Below are positions 12,105 through 25,084 of a stretch of 64,000 nucleotides of DNA, piece by piece (position 1 is the stretch's first letter; every line of letters begins with the position of its first letter). Location: the NCBI RefSeq assembly GCF_006345805.1, contig NC_043002.1, forward strand, positions 42,532,001-42,596,000, in the 5' to 3' direction. This stretch comes from Octopus sinensis. Its lineage: Eukaryota. The notes beneath the pieces are model-generated. The model saw only the letters and a list, made by a program, of their open reading frames with translations. It was not told the origin of the DNA and did not search any database. The translations under genes and the position numbers were made by a program.

Positions 12105-13392
12105 ACCCCAAAATTGCGAAATATTTAATGCAATGCGCGTGCGCTAACTTTGAGTGATGTGCCGGTGATCCTACTGTGCACAAGGGCACAATTCCTAATA
12201 CAATGTGCATGAACGAAAATTTAGAACCCAGTACACATACATTTATATTACATAAGCAGATATTACTTAAATCAATGAACATATAAATATGTTTATTGAT
12301 TTAAAATATTTTAAAAAGATTGTTAAAATATTTCGTGTTTTGTAGAAGTTTAAACAATTTATTGCAGATAAATTTTAACAAAATCTTATGTGGACCCCAG
12401 GTGAGAACCACTGATTTAAATAAATAAATCGTTCTATCGCTCTTTATACCAGCTTATTACATTACCTCACTGGTCTTTACCTAACTATTTTTATTTATTA
12501 ACTTAATATATATAAATTTATTTTTCCAAACCTTTTAAAAAATATATTTAAAAAAAATACATTATCTATAATCATTTTTTATATATTTTTTGTTTATATA
12601 TCTAAGCTAACAAAAATAAAAACTATCCACAATTACCTCCCGTTGACCACTACTTCTTTTTTCGTAAGCAAGCGTTTTTATCCCCTAAATAAAAAAAATA
12701 TTATTAATTTTCTTTATAAGAGATCATCTCCCAGTTCTCTTATTGTATACATAATATATTAGCTTCATTTATTTATTTATTTCATTGTTACCGGATTTTC
12801 CAAATGGATAGAAACGTTATTTATTTTGAAAACAAATGACCAATAGAATTTCTTTTGACTTACTTCATCAATACAAAATATAGTTAGGGATGTCAGTTTT
12901 CTTACCAAGATAAGAACGTATAATAAACACATTTTTAAATAATCCACAATTATCTATTATCATGTTTTATCGAACCCTATTTGAACATAGGTACATTAGT
13001 GCGTGAATATAGATATCAATATATTAATTATACAATTACATATTTATATACTTTTTTCCGCGTGTAATTACTGCATAGATATTTACATACATTTATTATA
13101 TATATGCGTGTGAATATGCATAAGCACGTATGCAAGTTGAGATAATTGTGTCTGTCTATAGACAAGTGTTCTAACGTATTTATATTTATATGTACACATC
13201 CACTTATATGCATATATCTATAATTCTATACTTTTAAATTTTTTATTTATAGATTTGCACACCAATAAATTTAAGTAAATGTGTACTTCTACCTCTATAA
13301 TAACAAATTCTAAATATATTTACCCCATAGTAAATTACTATATATTATCTATCTATATACATCCTAACTATTATCCAGAGTTTATTAATATA

Positions 13393-13665
13393 TGTGGAGG
13401 CGCAATGGCCCAGTGGTTTCGATTCCCAGACCGGGCGTTGTGTGTGTTTATTGTGCGAAAACACCTAAAAGCTCCACAAGGCTCTGGCAGGGAGTGATGG
13501 TGACCCCTGTTGTACTCTTTCGCCCCAACTTTCCCTCACTCTTTCTTCCTGTTTCTTGATTAACGCTGCGATGGACTGACGTCCCGTCCAGCTGGGGGGA
13601 ACACATACGCCATAGAAACCAGGAAACCGGGCCCATGAGCCTGGCTAGGCTTGAAAAGGGCAAAT
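13393..13665 (+). mobile_element. tRNA-derived SINE family B (internally deleted)
   Basis: Head tgtggaggcgcaatggcccagtgg...ttcgattcccagaccggg; same family as 22810-23296, 29011-29311 and 38141-38416. Confidence 0.85.
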
Positions 13666-14060
13666 AAATAAATAAATAAAAATATTAATATATATTTACT
13701 TCCTTTCTAAATATACACTTCTTCAAGCTTCCGGCATGCTGAGTGCTTTCCATCCACGTCTTCTCTGAGGTACGAGGGTCAAGCTGTTTTGGGAGATCAT
13801 CAGGAAGAGAGGGCTCACATTGTACGAGTTGACAGTGAGCGCTCTCCCAAAACAGCTGGGCTCTCGTATATATATATATATATATATATATACATCCTAA
13901 CTATTATCCAGAGTTTATTAATATATGTGGAGGCGCAATGGCCCAGTGGTTTCGATTCAGGAACTGAAACATGTTATAATGTATATATAAAAATTAAAAA
14001 TTGTATAATACAGCAGCATTTTCGAACTTCATTTTTTACAAATATATATATATATACATA

Positions 14061-14760
14061 CTAGCAGAGACCCCCGGCGTTGCTCGGGATTAAAATGGCA
14101 TAGTTTGTATATAATATATTATAGTTATGTTGGAACAGGTGATATGGGAAAGTGCAGTGTTGACAACAAAACATTTGTGGAGTAAATGATGGGCTAATTC
14201 AACTAAGCAACATGCTATGCGTCCGTTAGAAGTATTTCAGGCCCTAACCTATGGGGGTTATGTGATTTTTGAACGCACCGAAAAGCTGTCAGTGGATAAA
14301 CTCTCTTTTGCAGGAGCCGGCGCTGTGTCTAACACGCGCCATCATCTGAAATGTTGACACCTCATTCGGGTTTGTTATCCTACATCACTCATAAAGTAAA
14401 TTTGAAGGAACTGTGGTTGTTCATTTATGGGTAACAGGGAACCAATGAGGTGATAGACTTGCCCTTGAACTTTGACGTCGTCGTAAATTCATGTCTATCT
14501 TCTTAGATGCACCAAACGATGTCATTTGCAGAGTAGTAGTGTCTGATATTGTTCAGGAAATCCTTTGACTGGATGGAAATGCCTTCTAGAAGATCCATAA
14601 GAGGTTGAGAAGGAGCTGGTAGTGCTGGCAATGTTACCTGAACGCATGAGCAGCACATACCATTTGTTTCATTTGAAAATTTTGAAGCTCTACAGAAAAG
14701 ACAATTTGTGTTTAGCACACCAATTTAGACATTTATTATTTGTATAAGAATGGGATGGAT
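14061..14760 (-). mobile_element. Internally deleted Helitron carrying the Rep N-terminal segment
   Basis: Minus-strand 3' end ...cccgagcaacgccggg-ggtctctgCTAG|T (CTAG at 14061-14064). Encodes C..C.A.K...E..GMCC...LP.LP.P..PL..LL.G......F..NIR.Y.SA and KVQGQVYHLIGSLLP...PQFLQIYF, conserved in RepHel proteins. 5' end not located. Confidence 0.85.
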
Positions 14761-14815
14761 CATATCTGAAAACAGCTTCAGGAGTTGTGAAGAAAGAATT
14801 TGTACATAGTCTGTT

Positions 14816-14816
<1 letters not shown>

Positions 14817-14892
<76 letters not shown>
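14817..14892. repeat. (CTAT)n microsatellite
   Basis: Direct reading. Confidence 0.95.
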
Positions 14893-14893
<1 letters not shown>

Positions 14894-15232
14894 ATGTACA
14901 TTCGGATGTATGCATGGATGAATTAATCAATTAATCATGTAAATAGGGTGGAGTTGGTCTGTTAGGTGTTATGCAAAATTTACTGGAACTAAAATTTTAG
15001 GCTGAATGTTCGCCGACGAAGCGACTTTTCGATGCACACTTGTATAAGAGAGCATTACAGTAAGCACTGAAGCCGCGGGTGCGAGCCCGGGTGAATCGAT
15101 TGCATGTGCCTTAACCTTACGCACAGATATTTATGACGTTTTACATGAGCAATGATCAGTAATGGTCTTCCTCTACTACGAGTGGACATCCATCATCATA
15201 TATATATGTATATTATGTATATGCACGCACGC

Positions 15233-15299
<67 letters not shown>

Positions 15300-17893
15300 A
15301 CTCACATTATCGGCGTAGCACACGTGAAAGGAAATTAATTTTCTCCGGACACTATCACGCAGCAAATATGGAGTATAAACAAAGCACATGTTCTATGTAT
15401 GTGCGACCGAGAATGTTTACATTACTAGAGCTGCTTTTTGTTCGTAATTTTGTTGTGTGTGTGTGTGTGTGTGTGTGTGTGCAATAATATGAGGCAACGA
15501 TGAAGTAAACAAATAATGCATGAAGGTCAAACAAACAGAAGGCGTGGTTGAAAGAGTGAAACAACTATGAAAGAATTTGTGCAATGAAGATAAACACGCC
15601 AAGAAAATAAACAGTAGAGATTCAAAGCTTTTTCGAATTAAATCCTTTATCAAAGAGAAAAAACCGAAATAAGAGAAATAAAAGAAAACGAAACAGCAAA
15701 GAGTCTATGAAGTTTGTTTACTTGGCAGGCCCAGTATAAAAAGGTAGGTTGAGAATGGAATGGTAGAACTAGAAATGGAAACAATCTGAGTGACAGCGAG
15801 AGTAAGTTTGAGGGAGAGCGAAGGAGAGCATGCAAGAAAGAAAGAAAGTGGGAAGAGAGAAAGGGCAAACGAGAGAAAGGAAGGGGAAAGTAGTAAAAGA
15901 AGAGAACGATTGAGAGAGAAAGTGGGAAGTGGAATGAGGAACGCAAGATATCGGTGTGTTTGTATGTATAGTGAAGTGTAATTTTTTTTATTTATGTAAG
16001 AATAACAACTAATATGTGCCAAAGAATATGAAGCTCGTGTGTCTATGTGAGTAGCCGCCATTGTTACAATATATTTCCAGCTAAGAGTGTGAAGATATAT
16101 ATGCATTACATATATATGTAAAAATACGCAGATGAACAATCACATCTCCTACAAACACACACGGACGCACGCACACGTACGTACATACATACATACATAC
16201 ATACATACATACATACATACATACATACATACATACATACATACACACACACATAAGCGCAAGCATACACGCGCGCACATACAAACACGCACACACACAT
16301 ACACGGCGGAATTCTTTCAGTTTCCGTCTACCAAATCCACTTACAAGGCCCTGGTCAGCTCGAGGTTATAGTAGAAGACACTTTACCCAAGGTGTCACGC
16401 AGTAGGACTGATCCGGGAACCATGTAGATGGTCGGTGGGGCGCGTTTTTTGCAATACAAGCAGTTTCTTCGACTAATCGTCGAACTGTTATCACAGATCA
16501 ATCCATGATAAACATAACATGGTTCACAATTTACTGTACCGTATTATCTGGAGGAGTGGTGAGTGAATCAGTGATAAACAAGGTTACATGTTTTAGGCTG
16601 ATAAATAGGTTTCATGTGAAAGCATTGCTCACCAAATGTCAATTGACGTTGCAATGTAAACTTAAATCGATTCAAAGGCTTAAATGAAGAGGAATCATTG
16701 TATCAGTATTCTGAAACTGGCAAAAAAAAACCCAATTATTTTCCTTTCTTTAAACTCGGATCATGCACCAGATTTAATGGGAAAATATATGAGATAGCTT
16801 TACAGTCATGATTTGTTTAAGGTCTTTAGCTTCGTAACTTTAATTCAAAGAGGCGGCACCTGGAAATCGGCACCTCAGAATCAATGACATTAGTTTCATT
16901 CTTTTTTCCCCACCTATATTTCAGTAAATGGAAGATAGAAATGTGGTTAAAAGCATTACTGAAATATATGGTTCTGTAGTGGTATCGAGCATTCGAAATC
17001 CTGTCAGCCTAGTAACAAACGATGGCTACGACATATCTGGTGATTTAAACCCTTATTTCAGTCAATCGTATTTCAGGTACATTCGTATGATAGCGAGGTT
17101 CGAATGGAAATTTCGACGCAGTTTCCCGCATAAACATAATCATATATGGAGACGCGCAGGACAAGCAGTGCAGACGTTTGAGAGAAGACAGAGGTTCCGA
17201 GAGGATGCAAAAGTTTCGTCGAGGATTCTTGGTCAGCCATGCCGCTCAACCTCGGGTTAAAAAGAATCACCTCGCCTTTCACGAACACAGGATATTCTCA
17301 ACTCTTGCCTCTCGTCAGCACTAACATATAACGATATACCTCTTGACAGACATACATTATCATACACTAGCTATTGGTATTCAGTAGTACAGCCTCCGGT
17401 TAGTAAGCTTTGTAACGTCAGAGTGGAAATAAATATGATTCATTAAAATTAAATATTGTGGTTCATTTTGAGCCTGAGCAACTATCCAGCTCTCACCTAA
17501 CCAAAACCTACAACTCCAACGGACTAGTAAGACTGGATTTAAAGAAGCTAGTACATGGATTAATATAGTTACAAGTAAAAGAAATAGAAGGGATTTGGTG
17601 TGTTTTTCCTCTTTTTTCCCCGAGCAATATAACTACCAGTGCTCCATGTGATATATATATTCTTTCAGTTGCAGTAGCCGTAGGGCTCCGAAAATACACC
17701 CAAGGTGTCACGCAGTAGGACTGATCCGGGAACCATGTGGATGATCCCTTCCTTTTTCCGAGATGAGATTAGAAACCGAATCTAAGGATTCTCGCTTGTT
17801 TGATCCACCACTGGCCTAACAAGCGCGAAAGAATATTTTTTTTGTCCTGTCAAAAAGTGATAGAGGGATTTCCCTTCGACCTACGGCCTGAGC

Positions 17894-18479
17894 TGTGTCA
17901 TTTAAGGTTCAAGTGGACAGGAGGCGACCTACATAGGTAGAAATTATTCCAGTAGTATGTCCGTCCTTCTAGATGTCATGACCATTATAAATACAGTTAG
18001 ACATACGACAGGAGGCAGATAACTATCACTAGGCGAACAGTCAAGAGATAAGCAGACAGCCAGCAGTTAACTTGCGCCAGTCAAGCAGCCAACAGAACCA
18101 CATATTCAGCATGAACGACCCAACACAGTAGCAGTCGCAGAACATAAAGACACAACCCTATGACTAACGCACACACAGGCACAAAACATGACGGGTTCTA
18201 CCTCATTACATCGACACAGTATTACCTTTGTTTATTTTCTACTTCACCAGCTCGAAGCAAGTTGGTAATGTCATGTAGCGAATTTTCTGGTATATACTAC
18301 AAGTGTCAGTTAAATAAATTATTTAAACCACAATCCGATGCTTTCCCATTGTTTTGCTTTGATGTAGTCCACATGCCTATTTCATCTGCTACCCCAACGA
18401 CAGCATTTACTATACCATCCCGCTACACGCCATTCGGTAACTACCAATAACTGAACATCCGGCCGGTCCACGATGCACA
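17894..18479 (+). mobile_element. Possible solo LTR (unrelated to family X)
   Basis: TG...CA ends, TATA-like attataaata (~17984), AATAAA (~18313) and LTR-like CA-rich composition. No TSD and no second copy seen. Confidence 0.3.
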
Positions 18480-19185
18480 AGTAATGTGCAACAATCTTAA
18501 GAACTTAACTTACTGATTTAGTTTATTGACTATCTGCCTTTTCTTGGATGCAATTTGAAAAATTAACGATTACGTGTATTTGGTGGGACGAATATCTTAT
18601 ATATGAATAGATGTCCTCCGAATAGGAAGGCATATAAAGTCCTGCAAGCAAACAAGTTACTGATAGCTTTATAATCAATCCGTTTGTAGAAGGTTAAGTC
18701 CAACCAACTATTCTGCCACTTATTTAAAGTGTAGACCCTGAAATGACACCACTTAGAAAAGGATCCTGTTTGAAACCTTCCAATCATAATCCACCACCTT
18801 ATCATTTTTCTTTTGATCGTTTACGAATATGTTTAACTGATACACAATAAACCATTTGTCACGAGCAGATCTGGGCTGTGGCTGAAAATTGTTATCCAGT
18901 AATGTAGAGTTGTGAATTATTGTTCTTTTGATAACCTATGTAACACCAGACGGTTAGTTATTTACTCACCTCATGGGAATGTAGGAACGTGTTGTATTTT
19001 CGAATAATCAGAGCACTGATAATTTATTATTTAATCTTCGTGTGACTGTACAAATGCGGAAAATTTGCAACGAAACTTAAATTGATAACACTGATATTGC
19101 TGGAAATTCAGTTAATAGGCAAAATAGGGAAGCGACACTTCAATAGATAAGCGTCTAATGTATGTGAGACACCAGTTTCATGTAA

Positions 19186-19615
19186 TTCCGGGGCAGGTTT
19201 AATGAAGTTCGGTGATAAGTCAAGAGTACTGATTAGACTCTTATAAAATATTATGAAATATTTTATTCAAGGAGTAATGACCGTTAAGTTGGAATTATTA
19301 TTGTAAATTTAAAACTATCGTTGTAACGTTGTTATAGCAACTGAGTTTTGTGAAAGAAAAAATAAAATATAGTTATTTTGGTCGTTGTTGAGTGCAGAGG
19401 GAAGTTTATAAAGTTTGCCAGTTCCGGGGCAGGTTTGTTCGGTAATTAGTCAAGAGTACTGGTAGACAGTATAATTTTTCTTTTTCTAGGAGCACTGATT
19501 ATTAAGTCGGAATTGTTATTGTAAAGTTAAAACTATCGTTGTAACGTTGTTATAGCAACTGAGTTTTGTGAAAGAAGAAACAAGATATAGTTATCATGGT
19601 CGTTTACGTGACAAT
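19186..19615. repeat. Imperfect tandem duplication, ~220-bp period
   Basis: An identical 49-mer taaaactatcgttgtaacgttgttatagcaactgagttttgtgaaagaa at 19310-19358 and 19528-19576; ccggggcaggttt and agtcaagagtactg are also repeated. Confidence 0.85.
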
Positions 19616-19850
19616 TTCACTGAAGGAACGTTTAAATATTTTTTTCTTTTACGAAAACAAATCCAACTAGGACACTTTCACTTCAGCTATGCTAACTACA
19701 TAAACCAGAAAGACTGTTTTAAAAGAACTGGGCAACCAGACAGCGAATAGCGTATAAATTGATAGAATTATCGAATAATAGATCCACTAATTAAATATTG
19801 GTTTCTTTTAACTATATCACCAAAGTTTTCAAAAGAAGTGTTGTGGATTT

Positions 19851-20276
19851 GGACCTTTTCGCTTTGACTAGCAGTTTTTTAAAAATAATTTCTAGCGGTG
19901 TCATATGAAATTGTCACCCATAATTATGACCCTAGTATCGATCTATTGCATTTCAATATATTTTAGGGTTAGGGTTAGGAGTGGGGGAAGGGTATATTTT
20001 TTCTTCACAAATGTAAATAAAACCAATCTGTTTCTCAAACGAGGGACATTTTCATACGGCACAGAATGTTTTCACCTCAATAGACGCCATTGATTGGTTG
20101 AAATTGCAGAAATTGAAGAAAAACAACAACAAATATCTTACAAACTATAGAATTTTCTCAATAAAGCCAAGAGAAAAAGATGTTTTATAAACACATTCTA
20201 CCAGTATGCGAAGTTTAAAAGTGTTTAGTTACGTGGAAATTATTTTAAAAAACTGCCGTTCAAACCGAAAAGATCC
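19851..20276. mobile_element. MITE with GGATCTTT-type TIRs (Merlin-like family)
   Basis: Left ggaccttttcgctttgactagcagttttttaaaaataatttc versus the reverse complement of the right end, ggatcttttcggtttgaacggcagttttttaaaataatttcc. Internal tagggttagggttagg. Related to 39863-41372. Confidence 0.75.
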
Positions 20277-20499
20277 ATTGGTTGTTATTTCTACCAGAAC
20301 AATGCTCTCACGTTAAATAATCATTTGAAAGATATAAGGCAGCGAGCTGGCAGAACTGCGCTCTGAGTTCAAATTCCGTCGAGGTCGGCTTTGCTTTTCA
20401 TCTTTTGGCGGGGTCAATAAAATAAGTACCAGTTAAGCACTGGAGTCAATGTAATCGACTTACCCCACCTCTGACATTGGTCAGGACAATATATATATA

Positions 20500-20540
<41 letters not shown>

Positions 20541-20831
20541 CTATCTTGTATCTAATCCATCGACTACCTGGTGTACTTTCTATGCAATCATTTTGTTGTT
20601 TCGGTTATTTCGCTAAAAACTACAAAACAGAAAAAGAACAAAATGTCCAGCAGATAAAACTTTATCAGTTCATAAATAAATGCCACCACCCTTACTCACA
20701 TGTATGTACATGCACGCACGTGAAAAAAACTATATCTTTGTGCAGATATACATGTTACGTATAAATATTTTCACACACTTTATGATTCTAATATATGTAC
20801 ATACAAACTTACATACATGTATGTGTGTATG

Positions 20832-20900
<69 letters not shown>

Positions 20901-21331
20901 TATGCGTACATATATATATGCACACACATGTATATACATATATGTATATCTACACACACACACACATATATATATAAATGGACACGTAATACTTGAGTAA
21001 TCTATCAAATAATCTGACAGCCAGAACATGGCTCCCAAATTATATTTAATATTTTTCATTTGCATGGTATTGAAAATCAATTTTGCTGCTTCACGTAAGT
21101 CGGAATTCATTATTCCCATACATACACGTCGATCTATTAATTTCATGATGACTATTAATGACCATTTTGGTCACAATCAGTAGCCAACTTCGATAATAGA
21201 ATTATAGAATGCATACATGGTGGTTGTCTACTTTTTATGCAGAGTTTGACCACTTCCTGTAACTACACCTTAGAACCATCATGGCTTCTGAAGTGGTTTT
21301 TTAAACCAGACTATGTTTTAAAAAGACACCC

Positions 21332-21500
21332 TCATAGATTGCAAATCCGATTTGGGCTACCAAGAGCTGCAGTTAAGTCCTGATCTTTGTGTCTTTTAAG
21401 TTCTGATCCTAAATGTCTTTTGAGGCCTCCGTTAGATTTGCAGACCATCTGGCATACATTTGCATTGAAAGGTGTGCACAGACATATAGGCAGAATAGTT
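21332..21500 (-). mobile_element. LINE (RTE-like) 3' C2H2 zinc-finger remnant
   Basis: Encodes FNANVCQMVCKSNGGLKRH, the C..C...GL..H finger often found at the end of RTE ORFs. Confidence 0.45.
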
Positions 21501-21769
21501 GGCGGAGGTTCGTTTTCCATGGGTTTGCATAATACATACATACATACATACATACATACATACATACATACATACATACATACATACATACATACATACA
21601 TGCATGCATGCATGCATGCATACATACATACACTTATTTAATTTTTTTATCCGACATATATATGTCAGATACATACATAGGTATGTGTGTCAGATATATT
21701 CCTTCATTTTTGTTCCTTCCATTTATTTAATCTTCATATTTCAGCAGTAATTTTAACAAATCGCTCAAT

Positions 21770-22450
21770 AAAATATTCTTCATTATTCACGACTTTTGGT
21801 CAACGTTGCCTTAACGATAGAAAACAGCGTGTCTTGGTTCGAAGAATTCATCGAGGCATGTTTTCAGTTTCACGTCGTTGAACGAAACACTTCGCTGAAT
21901 GTTGGAGAGACACCGAAAAAAAACAGTGTTAATCTAAAGGCTTTATATCAGGAAAATACGGTGGGTACGGTAGAATTTTCCAACCGAAATCTCGAACAAT
22001 AGTTTTGGTCAAATTAGCGACGCTGGGGCGAGTATTGTCGTGTTACAGAAGCATGCCGTCGACGGTCGGGACGTTTCAGCTGGATTGCTTCAATGAGCCG
22101 GTACATCAGCAGAATGTAAAGCTCTACCATGACCCTGTGATTATCTCCTCTACTTCACATTGACATAAAAACATCGGTTGGCAATGTGGTAGGGAAATCT
22201 CATTTCGTGTTAACGCGGAGAGTGGTGTCGAGCGAGTAAACTGGCGGCGATAGAGGAGCGCCGGATCTGTTTCTTTCGTTCAGAGCGAATGGTAACCCTG
22301 TATTGAGTTTTTGAATGTGCTCATCAAGTGAAGGTGACGGACGACGGTATCACAAGCGCAACCCATCTGCTGGGTCAATTCCCTGATGAATTAGAACGGA
22401 TACAAGTTTCAATGGGTTTACTTTGAACTGAGAGATCAAATTACCCCTTC
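21770..22450 (-). mobile_element. Mariner transposase remnant
   Basis: Minus-strand translation of ~22050-21900 gives HDNTRPSVANLTKTIVRDFGWKILPYPPYFPDIKPLD, matching the mariner HDNARPH...YSPDLAPSD region. In-frame stops follow. Confidence 0.8.
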
Positions 22451-22809
22451 TTGAAGTGTGAAAATCAATTCTGTGCAGTTCTTTCAGCGATTATGCCTTC
22501 TATGTTCACAGCACAGAGCGGCTTTGGCAGCTGTGGAACTTTGCATTTCAAGTGAAGTAAAGCAGGTATCGAAATACTCATTTGTTATGTATTCTTTGGG
22601 TTGCGTTGGGACAATAAACAACTCATTGAAGGTGTTATTATGATTCTACGTGTTTATTTACTTGGCATGTTTACAAACTGTATATGTATAGCGGAGTGAT
22701 ACACACTGTGCGTATCCGCTCTAGTCCCAATTCATACTGTTTACTAAATGCACTTAACAAAATAGTACTAATAGTGGGGATGTATTCATATATACGTATA
22801 CCTACGCAT

Positions 22810-23296
22810 ACACATCGTGACCTCCTCCTTCGGTCATGAATGACCATGGAATTGCACCTAGAAAGTTACCCTCCGAGGTACAAGTCTGGGCAAGGTTATT
22901 TTATGGAAGACTAGCAGTCGCCCACACATACCAGCCTCCCCTCTCCACGCCACCGATGTTATCAAAGGGAAAGGCAAAGGCTGACACAGCTTGGCACCAG
23001 TGACGTTGCAGCTCATTTATTAATGTGCAAGTGGCTGAGCACTCCACAGACACGTGTACCCTTAACGTAGTTCTCGGGGACACAGAGTGTGACAAGGCTG
23101 GCCCTTTGAAATACAGGTACAACAGAAAAGGGAAGAAATAGTGAAAAAAAGTTGTGGTGAAAGAATACAGCAGGGTTCACCACCACCCCCTGCCGGAGCC
23201 TCGTGGAGCTTTAGGTGTTTTCGCCCTGGGAATCGAAACCGCGATCCTACGACCGCGAGTCCGCTGCCCTAACCACTGGGCCATTGCGCCTCCACA
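22810..23296 (-). mobile_element. SINE family B with an RTE-type 3' tail
   Basis: Head (reverse complement) ends at 23296; body shared with 29011-29311. Confidence 0.8.
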
Positions 23297-23531
23297 TAAA
23301 TATATATAACACCCCATAGATATGAACATATAACATCATTTATGTTTTTGTACTTGACACTCATCATATGTCTGAAAAGCGGTAAAATTAATTCAAATTT
23401 AAAACACGATAAACGAAAGTTGCAGAGGAAGATTAGAGCCACAAAAATAAAACATATACACTACAATAAAATATTTTTGCCTTAATTCGAATGACATTGC
23501 AAATAAACAAATGAGTTAATCTCATAGCCCA

Positions 23532-23676
<145 letters not shown>

Positions 23677-23885
23677 TTGAATTCCGTGATAGAAAATTCA
23701 ACAAAAAAGTACTCCACCTTGTGAGAGATAGATATTATTTATCTAAAGGACACTATTAAATGTTACTAATAGTTTCGTATGTTGAGAAATATCTCAAACA
23801 TATTCTTCAGGCACAAACCACACATCATAACGAACTAAAAATATTGAATAAGAGGAGAAACGCAAAAAAAAAAACTGAGAAGACA

Positions 23886-23914
<29 letters not shown>

Positions 23915-23916
<2 letters not shown>

Positions 23917-24112
23917 CCACCCACCACCGCTTGAGAACGGTATTGGTGTGTTTACGTCCCCATAACATGGCAATTCGAAAAAAGAAATTGATAGAATAAG
24001 TAGCAGGTTTTTAAAAAAAGTACTGGAGTTGAATAATTCGACTAGAAATTCTTTAAGGCGGTGTTCCAGTATGGCCACAGTCTAATCATTGAAATAAGTA
24101 AAGGATAAAAGG
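23915..24112 (+). mobile_element. SINE family A 3' half, diverged
   Basis: ggtgtgtttacgtcccc...aggcggtg.tccag.atggcc.cagtc...gaaataagtaaaggataaaagg. Confidence 0.7.
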
Positions 24113-24115
24113 CAG

Positions 24116-24188
<73 letters not shown>

Positions 24189-24410
24189 CACACACACACA
24201 CACATACATATATATATAATACAAATAAGAAAATGGAGAAACAAATTTAGTTTGTTCATCAACTTTCGGATATTAGAATGTTGGATTTTTATTCATTTAA
24301 CAAAATGAGAACCTCAATAGCATACATATATATCTTATAATTCAATACATATAAGATAAGAATACAAATTATAAAAGTTGTAATATAAATCATTGAAATC
24401 ATTAAAATCA

Positions 24411-24512
24411 CTTCTTACAGCTGTTTCAGCCTATGGCTAAAAATAGCTAATTTTATTTCTATTGCCTATGGTTGTCAACATAATGAGGGTGTAGGCATTT
24501 AAAAATACGGTA

Positions 24513-24564
<52 letters not shown>

Positions 24565-24582
24565 CATAGGCCTCATCAGAGG
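24411..24582 (-). ncRNA. Type I hammerhead ribozyme motif, stem II loop expanded by (TA)n, stem I weak
   Basis: Minus strand: CUGAUGA (24579-24573), stem II GGCCUAUG/CAUAGGCU, GAAAC-AGCU-GUA (24427-24416). Only ~2 bp of stem I pair. Confidence 0.55.
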
Positions 24583-25084
24583 TTACAAGGAACTTTAAAA
24601 ATATTAATATTAATACATTAGACATGATATATATATATATATATATCCATGTAAATACTGAGTTCAAAAACTCTTCTGGGTAGAAAAAGTCGAATGCTAT
24701 CTGTAATTTATGATGTCGAGCGTTACTCCAACATGGCCACAGTTAAATTACTGAAACAAGTAAAAGAATATATACCAAACTGGAGGAAATCACCCACTTA
24801 GGATTGGGCAGTTGTCTCGCTGACTTTGGACCCCTCTCCGTTGAATTATTCTAAAACTATTTTAATTATGACTTCTACAGTAAAATGGGATGTAACTCTA
24901 TTTTCTTTTTTCTTTTTCCGTTTTTATTTATCCTTCCACTTTTAGCATCAACTTTCTCGTTTTTCTCGTGGTTTCTCATGTGCCAGCATCCTAATTTTCA
25001 AAGAGAACAGTTCATGTACTCAGAGCATGCAGATTGCTTCGCGACACGAGGGACGTTACAAAACTTGCCCGGCCAAGTATTTTT

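Noticed and set aside
17073-17288. Faint resemblance of the minus-strand ORF to a cadherin repeat
   Set aside because: Lacks the LDRE, DxND and AxDxG calcium motifs, and stops flank it.
18625-18700. TATAAA followed by a possible donor (ag|gttaag) as the vWA gene promoter and first exon
   Set aside because: Such motifs are frequent in AT-rich DNA and there is no coding or transcript support.
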